A stretch of DNA of 49,847 bases from an uncultured Methanosarcinales archaeon (GTDB taxonomy: Archaea > Nanobdellota > Nanobdellia > Woesearchaeales > WJKV01): contig CAZNVD010000006.1 of NCBI GenBank assembly GCA_964576505.1, positions 741 through 50,587 of the forward strand. The letters run 5' to 3'. The notes under the pieces are model-generated. The model ran no database searches, was not told the origin of the DNA, and saw only the letters and a program-made list of their open reading frames with translations. Made by a program: the position numbers and the translations under genes. Shown here piece by piece: positions 8,410 through 17,822 of this stretch. The first letter of the stretch is position 1, and every line of letters starts with the position of its first letter.

Positions 8410-9597
8410 ATGGCCCTCTCAATATTGTATCTCTCAGAATACTACCCTCCCTACATAATGGGCGGCGCAGAACTAAGTCTCCAGTCTCTGATTGAATCAA
8501 TAGTTTCACATAAATCAATTACTTGCACAATCTTAACTCCAAATTATGATTCCTTTTCAACAGTAGTAGAGCAAAAAACCCCAAATCTGAAAATAATCCG
8601 CTACCGATCTTTCCGTTACTTTTTGTACAAGAAACGCAGTCAATTATCTCAACCATTGCATCAGAAAAAACCAGGCCTCTTTTACAAGCTGCTTTCTATT
8701 TTCACAAAAATCGCATCCTCAGAAATGGCTCACCAATTAAGAAAACTCTGCAAAACCCAGCACTTCAACATCATCCACGCAAACAACTATGAAAGCATTG
8801 AAGCACTCAATTTGATTGCTAGTAGATGTAATTCAATAACCATCGGCCACATCCGTGATATGCGATTCTTCTCAATTGATCGCTCACAACCTGGTAAAAA
8901 GAATCTTTATCCTAACATTCATCATTTCATTGCCATCAGCAACTATCTGAAACAAATGTATCTAAATGCAACTGATAGAAACAATGTAACCACAATTTAC
9001 AATCAGATTGATCTTCCTGATGTTGCAAAGAAGTCAAAAGCCGCTTTGAGAAAAGACCTCAATCTACCCGCAAAAAACATAATCCTTTACCTTGGCTCAC
9101 TAGTTCCAGAAAAAGGCGCTCATCTAATTCCAGAAATAGCAAAGCAATGTCCTGACTGTTTTTTCGCAGTCATAGGTTCAGGAAGTCTCCACTCAGAATT
9201 TGAAAACCTCAATCTTCCCAACATGAAATTATTCGGCCAGCTTCCACCAAAAGAGGCTCAAAAATTCCTCGCTGCAAGTGATATCACAATTGTCCCGTCA
9301 CAAGTAGAAGAAGGATTCGGCAGAACAGTCGCAGAATCCCAATTATCAGGCTCAGTAGTAATTGCATCAAAAATAGGCGCCATTCCCGAACTGATCTCAA
9401 ATGGAAAAACAGGCTTCCTCATAGACAAAGATGATCTTTCATCATTTGTCTCTCACATTAAACATCTTATCTCCAATCCAAAAAGAGCAGCAGCCATCGC
9501 CAAACAAGCAAAAAAATCAGCCCTTCCTTTATGTAACACTTCTGAAAATGTGATAAATTTATATAGAGATTTGGTGGAGAATAATGAACATGAGTAA
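8410..9597 (+). CDS. GT4 family glycosyltransferase
   Basis: 395 aa. The C-terminal E-x7-E region is EEGFGRTVAESQLSGSVVIASKIGAIPELISNGKTGFL. Confidence 0.8.
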   Translation: MALSILYLSEYYPPYIMGGAELSLQSLIESIVSHKSITCTILTPNYDSFSTVVEQKTPNLKIIRYRSFRYFLYKKRSQLSQPLHQKKPGLFYKLLSIFTKIASSEMAHQLRKLCKTQHFNIIHANNYESIEALNLIASRCNSITIGHIRDMRFFSIDRSQPGKKNLYPNIHHFIAISNYLKQMYLNATDRNNVTTIYNQIDLPDVAKKSKAALRKDLNLPAKNIILYLGSLVPEKGAHLIPEIAKQCPDCFFAVIGSGSLHSEFENLNLPNMKLFGQLPPKEAQKFLAASDITIVPSQVEEGFGRTVAESQLSGSVVIASKIGAIPELISNGKTGFLIDKDDLSSFVSHIKHLISNPKRAAAIAKQAKKSALPLCNTSENVINLYRDLVENNEHE

Positions 9598-10438
9598 AGC
9601 ACAACCAGCAAACTTGAAACAGAAAGTAAGAAAGCACTGGAACGAAAATCCAATGGATTATGACACAGTCCACGCTCCACTGGGATCAAAAGAATATTAC
9701 AATCAGATAAATCAGCAATTCTACGAAGTCTGCTACTTTGGCCAGGACAAAGGTCAGCCAATATTTTCAAAGATAATTAATTACAGCAAACTAAAAGGAA
9801 AAAAAGTATTGGAAATTGGATGCGGCTCAGGAACAATCGCTCGCCAACTCGCAGCATCAGGAGCAATCTTTACTGCAGTCGACCTTACTCCGCAAGCAAT
9901 TGCAAATACTAAAAAGCAACTAGAATTCGCCCACCTTAAAGCAGATGTAAGAGAAGCTGACGCCGAAAACCTTCCCTTCAAAGACGAGACATTCGATTTC
10001 GTCTGGTCATGGGGCGTTATCCATCATACTCCTGACACTCCAAAGGCAGCCAGTGAAATTTACCGTGTCCTTAAAAAAGGAGGCCAGGCCAGTATTATGA
10101 TCTACCATAAGAATTCTCTTTTCTATTATGGTGCTGTCATGTTTTTCAGAGGAATTATTCAGGGCAGACTATTCAAAATGTCAGCTCAGAAACTTCTGAA
10201 TCTCTACACAGACCATGGCCACAAAGGCGGAACTCCATTAGCAAAATGCTACACTAAACGCCAGGCAAGAAAAATGTTTAACAAATTTTCAGACATCCGT
10301 TTCTCTGTTTACGGTTTGAAAAATGAAGTCTATGTCATTCCATTTTTGAGACCATTGTGCTACAAACTCCCTAATTTTATTCCCAACAGCATTCTCAGAT
10401 TCTTTGGTTGGTATCTAATGATCAGAGCAAAGAAATAA
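9584..10438 (+). CDS. Class I SAM-dependent methyltransferase
   Basis: 284 aa. Motif I is VLEIGCGSGTIARQLA. There is an acidic residue at the end of strand 2 (VDLT) and a FDFVWSWGVIHH motif. Confidence 0.75.
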   Translation: MNMSKAQPANLKQKVRKHWNENPMDYDTVHAPLGSKEYYNQINQQFYEVCYFGQDKGQPIFSKIINYSKLKGKKVLEIGCGSGTIARQLAASGAIFTAVDLTPQAIANTKKQLEFAHLKADVREADAENLPFKDETFDFVWSWGVIHHTPDTPKAASEIYRVLKKGGQASIMIYHKNSLFYYGAVMFFRGIIQGRLFKMSAQKLLNLYTDHGHKGGTPLAKCYTKRQARKMFNKFSDIRFSVYGLKNEVYVIPFLRPLCYKLPNFIPNSILRFFGWYLMIRAKK

Positions 10439-12247
10439 TTACTGGCTCATCCACCTTTCAAACCATAAATTAAACATTATGATTGTTAAGAACAGCTGGG
10501 AATAATCTTTTTTGCCTTTTTGATGCTCTTCCCAGTATTTCAACAATTTTGATGTATCATAATATTCATAATCCTTAAAATTAAACATAATATCATGTGC
10601 AAACTGTTTAAGTTCATTTCTGAAATAATCTGCAAACGGCACACAGAAACTTTGCTTCCGTCTATAAACAATATCTTTTGGTAGGAACTGTTCAGCCGCT
10701 TTCTTCAAAATATACTTTGTTCTTCCCCTGCGATATTTATATTTCGTTGCAAGATGGTTCGCCCAATCAACAAATTCATGATCTAGAAACGGCACTCTTC
10801 CTTCAAGGCTTGTCCCAAGGCATGCCATATCTTCTTTATGCAGTAAATCATTAGGAAGATATTCGTGTTGATCAAAACTATAAGCGTCCAATACAGTTCC
10901 GCTTTCAAAGTACTGTTCAAACTGATTAAACAAACCCGTGTTTATCTCAAAGAATTTTTGTCCATCTGCAGAAAAGAGCTGAGCATACGCTTCATACAAG
11001 CTTGATGCACTCAAAACATTCTTTGCCCTACCAGCCCGATCACTAACAATCTGAAACGCTCGGCTCGCAGCCACTGCTGACTTTTGCAAAACCGAAGGCA
11101 TCTTCCTCATTTTTGCAACAATTGAATAATGCCTATGTCTTGGATATCCCTGAAACAACTCATCTCCACCAGTTCCCGACAAACAAACAGTAACATGTTT
11201 CCGTGCAACTTGTGCAACAAGATAGGTTGGCAGTGTACTCTGATCTGCAAACGGTTCATCAAAGAAATTGACGAGCTCAAGTAGATGCTTCTTCACATCC
11301 TCTGCAGTAAATTGAACATTGTAGTGGTCTGTCTTCAGCAGCTCAGCAACCTTTTTACTATGAGCTGACTCATCAAATCCAGCCCGATCAAATGAAACCG
11401 AAAACGTCTTAAGATTCTTTGCGTGCTTCCTCATCAGCGCGGTAATTAGCGAACTATCTATTCCGCCAGAAAGAAACGCTCCCACTGGAACATCAGCAAT
11501 CATCCGTCTTTTCACAGATAAATCAAGTCTCTCAATAAGTTCCTTGACAAGATCTTTCTCCTTTCCTTTAATAGATTCTGAAAAGGACAACTCCCAATAC
11601 TTCTCAACCTTCAATTCATTTGTTTCAAGATCATACGTCATATGACATCCAGGTGCAAGCTTCTTAACACCTTTGATTATTGTCTCTTCAAGCGGAGTAT
11701 ACCCAAACATAAGATAATGCTGCATTGCATTATGATCAATCTCTTTTTTCACAAGTCCTGACTCAAGAAATACTTTCAACTCTGATGCAAACATGAATTT
11801 TCCAAAGTGTGAATAATACAGCAAAGGTCTTATCCCCAGTCTATCTCTCGCCATAAACAATTTTTTGTTTTTCTTGTCATAAATGCAGAACGAAAACTGG
11901 CCATTGAAATGTTTCACACAATCAGTTCCATACTCCTCATAAGCATGAACAATTACTTCTGTATCAGTATCTGTGTAAAACTCATGACCTCTTTTCTCTA
12001 GCTCGTCTTTTATCTCTTTAAAATTATAAATTTCTCCATTAAAAACAACAAATACACTTTTGTCTTCATTAGTCATCGGTTGCCTTCCGTTCTCAGAAAG
12101 ATCAATAATTGACAATCTTCTATGTCCGAGACTTACAGAATCATCAGAATAATAACCGTCTTGATCAGGCCCTCTATGCTCCAGCAGATGTGCTAATTTT
12201 TTTACCAGCGCTGCGCTCTTCCAGTTGAATCCAATAATGCCACACAT
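10439..12247 (-). CDS. asnB: Asparagine synthase (glutamine-hydrolysing)-family amidotransferase
   Basis: 602 aa. It has the N-terminal MCGIIG Ntn nucleophile and the SGGIDSS PP-loop. The context suggests sugar amidation rather than Asn synthesis. Confidence 0.8.
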   Translation of the reverse strand: MCGIIGFNWKSAALVKKLAHLLEHRGPDQDGYYSDDSVSLGHRRLSIIDLSENGRQPMTNEDKSVFVVFNGEIYNFKEIKDELEKRGHEFYTDTDTEVIVHAYEEYGTDCVKHFNGQFSFCIYDKKNKKLFMARDRLGIRPLLYYSHFGKFMFASELKVFLESGLVKKEIDHNAMQHYLMFGYTPLEETIIKGVKKLAPGCHMTYDLETNELKVEKYWELSFSESIKGKEKDLVKELIERLDLSVKRRMIADVPVGAFLSGGIDSSLITALMRKHAKNLKTFSVSFDRAGFDESAHSKKVAELLKTDHYNVQFTAEDVKKHLLELVNFFDEPFADQSTLPTYLVAQVARKHVTVCLSGTGGDELFQGYPRHRHYSIVAKMRKMPSVLQKSAVAASRAFQIVSDRAGRAKNVLSASSLYEAYAQLFSADGQKFFEINTGLFNQFEQYFESGTVLDAYSFDQHEYLPNDLLHKEDMACLGTSLEGRVPFLDHEFVDWANHLATKYKYRRGRTKYILKKAAEQFLPKDIVYRRKQSFCVPFADYFRNELKQFAHDIMFNFKDYEYYDTSKLLKYWEEHQKGKKDYSQLFLTIIMFNLWFERWMSQ

Positions 12248-12280
12248 AAGATTTCTCCACTAGAATTTTGCTGCTGAAAG

Positions 12281-12288
12281 TTTATAAA
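12281..12288 (+). promoter_or_regulatory. TATA box (TTTATAAA) for the GT4 gene starting at 12313
   Basis: It lies 25-32 nt upstream of the ATG at 12313, which implies a leaderless transcript. Confidence 0.4.
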
Positions 12289-12312
12289 CATTGTGCAATA
12301 CCATTCGTCAAT

Positions 12313-13377
12313 ATGACTCTTAAACCTCAAAATTCTGCAAAGAAGAGCGTGTACTTCTACTCAAATATTCTATTTATCGACTATGAGGAAGAAGGACTTG
12401 AAAAAATAAAAAGAAAAATTTATGACGCTTGTTCCAAAGAACTAACTATGTCGTCAGACAAAAACTCAGATCTTTACATTATTCACACTGCAGGTTTTAG
12501 TGAGTTTGCAAAAAAATGGTTATTTGGTCCAAGAAAAGCAAAAGCCATTGTTTCACTTCATTCAGATCCAAATCCTCCATTTTTTGATATACTGTGGAGT
12601 AACATTCAATACTTCAGGTATTTTTACAGTTCATCTATGGACATTTTTCCATTCTATAACCGAATATTTTTCACAGTCGTGAATCAAGCTGTTAGTCTGG
12701 TTCCATTGTGGATGAAGAGATTTTTTCTCAACAAAACAGAAATTCTGACAGTTCCAAGCAAAACATTGTTGACTAAATTTCCAAAGGCAATAGTAATCCA
12801 TGACGGTATTGACACAAACCGTTTCAAACCACTACCATCAAAACGATCCACCATTGCAGTTGGCTACGTAGGTCATCCTACTCCAAACAAAGGTCTTATC
12901 GAAGTTCTCAAGGCATTCTCAAAAATCAAAGATGCAAACTTAACGAAAGTTGCCGCTCTCAGTTATTTGAATAAAAAAATGATCTCAACAGTCCATAAAT
13001 TCGATACATCCACGGAAGTATTAGGAAGACAAAAAGATATTGTAAAGTTATATAATGATATTGACATTGTGGTGCTTCCATACCGTCACACTTCTGGTGG
13101 TGTCGCCACACCGCTTGTTCTTCTTGAAGCCATGTCTTGTGGATGCACAGTTATCACCTCAGATCTGCCTTCAATAAGAGAAATTGGTGGAGACACAGTA
13201 CTCTACTGCAAACCATACGATATAGATTCTATTGTTTCAATGATTCATCACGCAACCAAGCATCCTGAGTTGCGAAAGAAACTGGGACAAGCCGCAAGAA
13301 AAAGAGTTGTTGAACTGTACAATGAAGAGAAAATGCTTAAATCCTACATGGATCTTTACCGAGGTGAACTAAATTGA
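12313..13377 (+). CDS. GT4 family glycosyltransferase
   Basis: The track ORF begins at TTG 12268, only 20 nt from the divergent asnB start. ATG 12313 with an upstream TATA is more plausible. The C-terminal motif is SGGVATPLVLLEAMSCGCTVITSDLPSIREI. Confidence 0.7.
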   Translation: MTLKPQNSAKKSVYFYSNILFIDYEEEGLEKIKRKIYDACSKELTMSSDKNSDLYIIHTAGFSEFAKKWLFGPRKAKAIVSLHSDPNPPFFDILWSNIQYFRYFYSSSMDIFPFYNRIFFTVVNQAVSLVPLWMKRFFLNKTEILTVPSKTLLTKFPKAIVIHDGIDTNRFKPLPSKRSTIAVGYVGHPTPNKGLIEVLKAFSKIKDANLTKVAALSYLNKKMISTVHKFDTSTEVLGRQKDIVKLYNDIDIVVLPYRHTSGGVATPLVLLEAMSCGCTVITSDLPSIREIGGDTVLYCKPYDIDSIVSMIHHATKHPELRKKLGQAARKRVVELYNEEKMLKSYMDLYRGELN

Positions 13378-14057
13378 AATTTACTACAAGCTGGGATGAC
13401 GGCCATGCATTAGACATCCGCCTCTGTAACCTTTTGAATAAATACAAAATCAAAGCCACCTTTTACATTCCAATCTCTGCTATCAACACCTCCCTCACAC
13501 TTTCCCAGCTAAAAGCAATTTCAAAGCATCATGAAATTGGTGCTCACACAATCACTCACCGAAATCTCCCTGATTTGACTCAAGAAGAACAATGGACTGA
13601 GATCTCTGACTCAAAAAAGATCCTTGAAAAAAAGCTCAATATAAAAATTCAAAGTTTCTGCTATCCTCGGGGTAAATTCAATAAAACAACAGTAAAGCTG
13701 GTCTCAGACGCAGGCTTCACCTACGGAAGAACAACTGAAAGATTTTGTTTCTCACTTCCAAAGAATCCATTAGTTTCAGGCACCACTATGCAAACCTTGT
13801 TATTCAAAGCCGACCTCCCTCGATTCATTCGACTGATGAACTTTACTCCATCATCTTTACGTGGTCTCTATGACTGGAATTTCGCTGCAAAATCATTACT
13901 AAACTACGCGCAAAAGCACGATGGCATCTTCCATCTCTGGGGTCATTCCTGGGAAATCGACAAATTCCGGCAATGGAATGCATTAGAACGTTTCTTCAAA
14001 CTTGTTTCAAAAGAATCAAATTGCAACTCAGTAACTAATAGGAATCTTCTTTCCTAA
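13374..14057 (+). CDS. Polysaccharide deacetylase (NodB homology domain, CE4)
   Basis: 227 aa. Motifs are TSWDDGH and HTITH. It overlaps the upstream GT4 gene by 4 nt. Confidence 0.7.
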   Translation: MKFTTSWDDGHALDIRLCNLLNKYKIKATFYIPISAINTSLTLSQLKAISKHHEIGAHTITHRNLPDLTQEEQWTEISDSKKILEKKLNIKIQSFCYPRGKFNKTTVKLVSDAGFTYGRTTERFCFSLPKNPLVSGTTMQTLLFKADLPRFIRLMNFTPSSLRGLYDWNFAAKSLLNYAQKHDGIFHLWGHSWEIDKFRQWNALERFFKLVSKESNCNSVTNRNLLS

Positions 14058-14060
14058 CCC

Positions 14061-14783
14061 CTATCTTTTCTTGACAATCACAAATAGTTGGGTTCTCCAG
14101 CTAATTGGAAGAGGAAAATGAGCTTCAAGATATGCTGCAATATTTTTGAGTACTGGAATCTGATATAGTGTCCGTGGATACGAAAACAATCCAGTTATTT
14201 GATAATTATATTTTTTGAAATATCCCCTGATCTCTCGCATTGTGTACAGCTTTGTTCTTTTCTTGAACGGATTAAGAAGTAACGCAAGCATTGTCCATGG
14301 CGATCCTCTATTTGGGAAATCGCAAACAACCATTCCACCTTTCTTTGTCACACGGTGCATTTCACGGAAGGCTTGCTTGAAATCAGGCATATGCATTAAT
14401 ACATGAACACTATACACCCCATCAAAAGTTTCATCATCATGAGGAATCGCTTCTATATCTCCCATCATTGTTGGTATGTGATATTGCCATCTTTTGCATT
14501 TCCGCCGAAGCTCATACAACATTTTCTCAGAAGCATCAAACCCAGTACAATCAAATCCCGCCTTATGCATTGGAATCAACAACCTTCCAGTCCCGCACCC
14601 GGCTTCAAGTATGTGATGAACTTTCGCCTTCTTGAATATTGACTTCAGCAATTGGATTTGAAGCAAATCAACCCTTTTCCCTTCAAATGTAACAGAACGC
14701 TGTTCATCATAGGTTTGAGCGTCCTTCTCATAATAGGAAAGAAACTGTTCTTTATTCTTGAATGCCTTTCTATATCCAGCCAT
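14061..14783 (-). CDS. Class I SAM-dependent methyltransferase
   Basis: 240 aa. Motif I is ILEAGCGTGRLL. FDGVYSVHVLMH is also present. Confidence 0.75.
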   Translation of the reverse strand: MAGYRKAFKNKEQFLSYYEKDAQTYDEQRSVTFEGKRVDLLQIQLLKSIFKKAKVHHILEAGCGTGRLLIPMHKAGFDCTGFDASEKMLYELRRKCKRWQYHIPTMMGDIEAIPHDDETFDGVYSVHVLMHMPDFKQAFREMHRVTKKGGMVVCDFPNRGSPWTMLALLLNPFKKRTKLYTMREIRGYFKKYNYQITGLFSYPRTLYQIPVLKNIAAYLEAHFPLPISWRTQLFVIVKKR

Positions 14784-14867
14784 GATCTATCTGCTCAAAA
14801 CTCCTTTTTAAAGCTTTATGGTATGAGCCTTCATTATATTTAAAAAGGACTATTTTAAAGAAACTCC

Positions 14868-15869
14868 ATGGAAAAAATTGTTGCAGTCCGTTTCGGCATG
14901 GAAAAAGCCCACGATGTAAATGAAGCCTGGTTTGCAGCCATCGGCATCCAGAAATCTTATCCTTTCAACATTTTCACCTCAAGAAAGCTTCTTTCATTCC
15001 TCGGCCCTGTAAACCAATTATTTGGTGTAATCAACAACCTATTTTTGCCAAAAGCAGATCTCTACCTTTTAACCAGCCTGGGCTGTACCATTTCAGTTGT
15101 CTTCAAAAAGAAACTTTTCAACAGAAAAATAATCTCAATCACCTCTGACACATTCTTCAGAGATCTGGACTCTGCAAACTGGTTGAAAAAGAAATATATG
15201 CTCTGGCTTGTAAAACATATTGATGCAATCATTGCAACTTCTGAAATGATGAAAGAACTCGCCTGCAAATACACATCCGTTCCAGTTCAGGTTGTTTACC
15301 CATATTGCGATACAACTAAGTTCCTCAAAATCAAACCTGATTACACTTCAAAAAATCTATGCTCTATCGGCATTGGCACAAACACAAAAGGAACTGACTT
15401 GCTTCTTGAAACATTTGCAACCGTGCAACAAACGATTCCCGAATCAAAGCTATTTGTTCCTGGAGACACCGCCATGTATCCCAAAATTAGCGAAGCAGAT
15501 GGTGTAATTGCTCCCGGTATTACAGACATAGTTCCTTACCTGACAAAGTCATCTCTCTACTTAAACACCTCCCGCCACGAATCATTCGGCGTAAACATTC
15601 TCGAGGCAATGTCTTCAGCCCTCCCAGTCATAGTAACAGATCACTGCGGAGCAGCTGAAATTGTAAGAAAAGTTGACAAGTCATTAGTCGTGTCTGTAAA
15701 CAGTAAAGTAATAGCAGAAAAGGCTATCTCACTTCTTAACCAGCCCAAAAAACTGGCTCTGTTAGGAGAACAGTGCAGAAAAGAGGCAAAAAAATATACC
15801 AAAGAAAAAAGCTGTAATGAATTCAAAAAGGCATTTACTGAATTAACTGCTCACTTGCTGAATTCTTGA
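14868..15869 (+). CDS. GT4 family glycosyltransferase
   Basis: 333 aa. The motif is ESFGVNILEAMSSALPVIVTDHCGAAEIV. A TATA-like ATTATATTTAAAA lies at 14834-14846. Confidence 0.7.
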   Translation: MEKIVAVRFGMEKAHDVNEAWFAAIGIQKSYPFNIFTSRKLLSFLGPVNQLFGVINNLFLPKADLYLLTSLGCTISVVFKKKLFNRKIISITSDTFFRDLDSANWLKKKYMLWLVKHIDAIIATSEMMKELACKYTSVPVQVVYPYCDTTKFLKIKPDYTSKNLCSIGIGTNTKGTDLLLETFATVQQTIPESKLFVPGDTAMYPKISEADGVIAPGITDIVPYLTKSSLYLNTSRHESFGVNILEAMSSALPVIVTDHCGAAEIVRKVDKSLVVSVNSKVIAEKAISLLNQPKKLALLGEQCRKEAKKYTKEKSCNEFKKAFTELTAHLLNS

Positions 15870-15916
15870 ATGCATTTTAATAAACTTTAAATAGTGACTA
15901 AAACCGTGAAATAGAG

Positions 15917-17719
15917 ATGGAAAGAGAAATAGATGAAGGCCGCCTGGTAATATTTGCCCCACATCCAGATGATGAATGGATTGGCTGCGGATGCTCAATT
16001 CTGAAATGCCGTGATCACAAAGTTCCAGTAAAAGTTATTCTAGTCACCTCTCGTTTGGAATGGAGAGTAAAGCGTGCAAAAGAGCTTGCTCAAAAATATG
16101 ATTACGAACTAGTCCTTCTCAATCAGGAGGAATTTAACATCAATGGCCAGCTATTGAGAGAAGCATGTATCAAGGAAATAAAACCTGACGACGTAGTATT
16201 CATCCCTCCATGTGATAACCATCCAGATCACCGTTTCATTCACAGAATTGTTTCAACAACTATCCAAAACAAACATTTGTACGAATACGCAATTTACAAT
16301 AACGCATCAAACCTATTCACAAAGCTCAAAAATAAATTCCATGCAATAAAAACAGGCGCAACCATTCCAAGTTTCACCCATGGCACCGGAAAAACCCTGA
16401 AATACAAAAGTGAAACAAAAATAAAAAACATCCAGTCATACAAAGAATACCCTCGTGAAATTGATGTATTCAGAAAAATCCCGCTTACAAAGCGCCGCTC
16501 AAAACGCAAATACAACATCGCATTTCTCACTAAAGATTATCCTGTTGGAACAGTTGATGCCGGATTCACAAGTATCATGAGTCTGGCTAAACAACTCAAA
16601 GAACAAGGTCATTTCGTTGCACTAATCAGCAACAAAGGCTATGCATCCTGGTATGAAAAGGCAGCCGATAAATCATATGAAGAATTTCAGGGCATTCCAA
16701 TCTACCGCCCATACGGTTTGAAATGGTTCAATGTTGAAAAGTGGCATATCAACCCGGCCACTCTCTTCAATCGTTTGATCGCTCCAGCTCTGGGAGTAAG
16801 ATATGTCCAGAAAAAGCTTGGAATCAAATTCCACATAATCCATCATTCAAGTGCAGCTCCGTATATGTTCGCAGCCGCAATCTTGGCAGGATTCTTTGCT
16901 CCAACTGCAAGATTGTTCCAGACTATTCGCGCAGAAACAGTATATGGTCTTTGGGGTTACAAGTTATCAAAGCTATTGAACTGGGCAGATGCAGTTTTTG
17001 TTCCCCTCAAATCTTTAGCCGACACAATAGTGGCCGACGGCTGCGATCAAAAACGAATTCGCATCATGCATTCAGCAATTTCTCTGAAGCAGATGCAAAA
17101 ACTTCATCAGGAGCCTTCAGTTCTCAGAAGACAGTATGAAGTTGGACCTGATGACAAAGTAGTTCTCTACTACGGAAAGAGCGGTCATTACAAAGGAGTC
17201 GACATTTTGCTTCAATCAATTAAATTCATTCCAAAGACTGAAAAAATTAAGTTCTTATTTTTCCATCCAGTCATTTGGCTCCCTGAATTCGTAAAACTTG
17301 CAGAAGAATCAAAAAACAAAGATAAAATCCGCATGAGCGTTGGAAAAATCTCGGTTCCAGACCACTTGAATATGGCTGATGTCCTCGTACTTCCTTATCG
17401 AAGTCTGAAAGGCACCGAAGCTAATCCACTTTGCCTTCTAGAAGGTATGGCCTCAGCCACTCCAATCATCACAACAGAAATTCCAGAACTAAAGGAATTA
17501 GTGGAAAAAGACAAAGACGTAGTCATGGTCCAGCCTGAAAATCCAGAAGCCCTGGCAAAAGAAATCCTCAAACTTCTCAAAGACAGAAAAAGAGGTCAGC
17601 TTTTGGCAGACAACGCATACTCCACAGTCAAAAAGTTTGACATATCATATATTTCGGATCGCCACATGGATGTCTATGACTCAAGCATGTGTAAATATAG
17701 GAGAGGACTATATTCTTAA
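15917..17719 (+). CDS. Fusion protein: N-terminal PIG-L/LmbE-family N-acetylglucosaminyl deacetylase plus C-terminal GT4 glycosyltransferase
   Basis: 600 aa. The N-terminus has VIFAPHPDDEWIGCG and NHPDH, the PIG-L zinc-site motifs. The C-terminus has a GT4 E-x7-E region (EANPLCLLEGMASATPIITTEIPELKELV). Confidence 0.75.
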   Translation: MEREIDEGRLVIFAPHPDDEWIGCGCSILKCRDHKVPVKVILVTSRLEWRVKRAKELAQKYDYELVLLNQEEFNINGQLLREACIKEIKPDDVVFIPPCDNHPDHRFIHRIVSTTIQNKHLYEYAIYNNASNLFTKLKNKFHAIKTGATIPSFTHGTGKTLKYKSETKIKNIQSYKEYPREIDVFRKIPLTKRRSKRKYNIAFLTKDYPVGTVDAGFTSIMSLAKQLKEQGHFVALISNKGYASWYEKAADKSYEEFQGIPIYRPYGLKWFNVEKWHINPATLFNRLIAPALGVRYVQKKLGIKFHIIHHSSAAPYMFAAAILAGFFAPTARLFQTIRAETVYGLWGYKLSKLLNWADAVFVPLKSLADTIVADGCDQKRIRIMHSAISLKQMQKLHQEPSVLRRQYEVGPDDKVVLYYGKSGHYKGVDILLQSIKFIPKTEKIKFLFFHPVIWLPEFVKLAEESKNKDKIRMSVGKISVPDHLNMADVLVLPYRSLKGTEANPLCLLEGMASATPIITTEIPELKELVEKDKDVVMVQPENPEALAKEILKLLKDRKRGQLLADNAYSTVKKFDISYISDRHMDVYDSSMCKYRRGLYS

Positions 17720-17790
17720 CATGGAAGTCCTCTGCTATATTCGGGGAATGTAACAAATTATAATTAAAAACTCACATTCCCCGTTATAAC
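17701..17790. repeat. Double-hairpin element, copy 3 (diverged, with compensatory stem changes)
   Basis: Hairpin 1 pairs AGAGGACT (17702-17709) with AGTCCTCT (17726-17733). Hairpin 2 pairs CGGGGAATGT (17742-17751) with ACATTCCCCG (17774-17783). Loop and flank motifs (CTATATTCG, ACAAATTA, ATTAAAA, CGTTATA) are shared with copies 1 and 2. It sits in a convergent intergenic region. Confidence 0.7.
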
Positions 17791-17822
17791 TTGGATTCTT
17801 TAGTTTCTTGAAACAAATGCAA

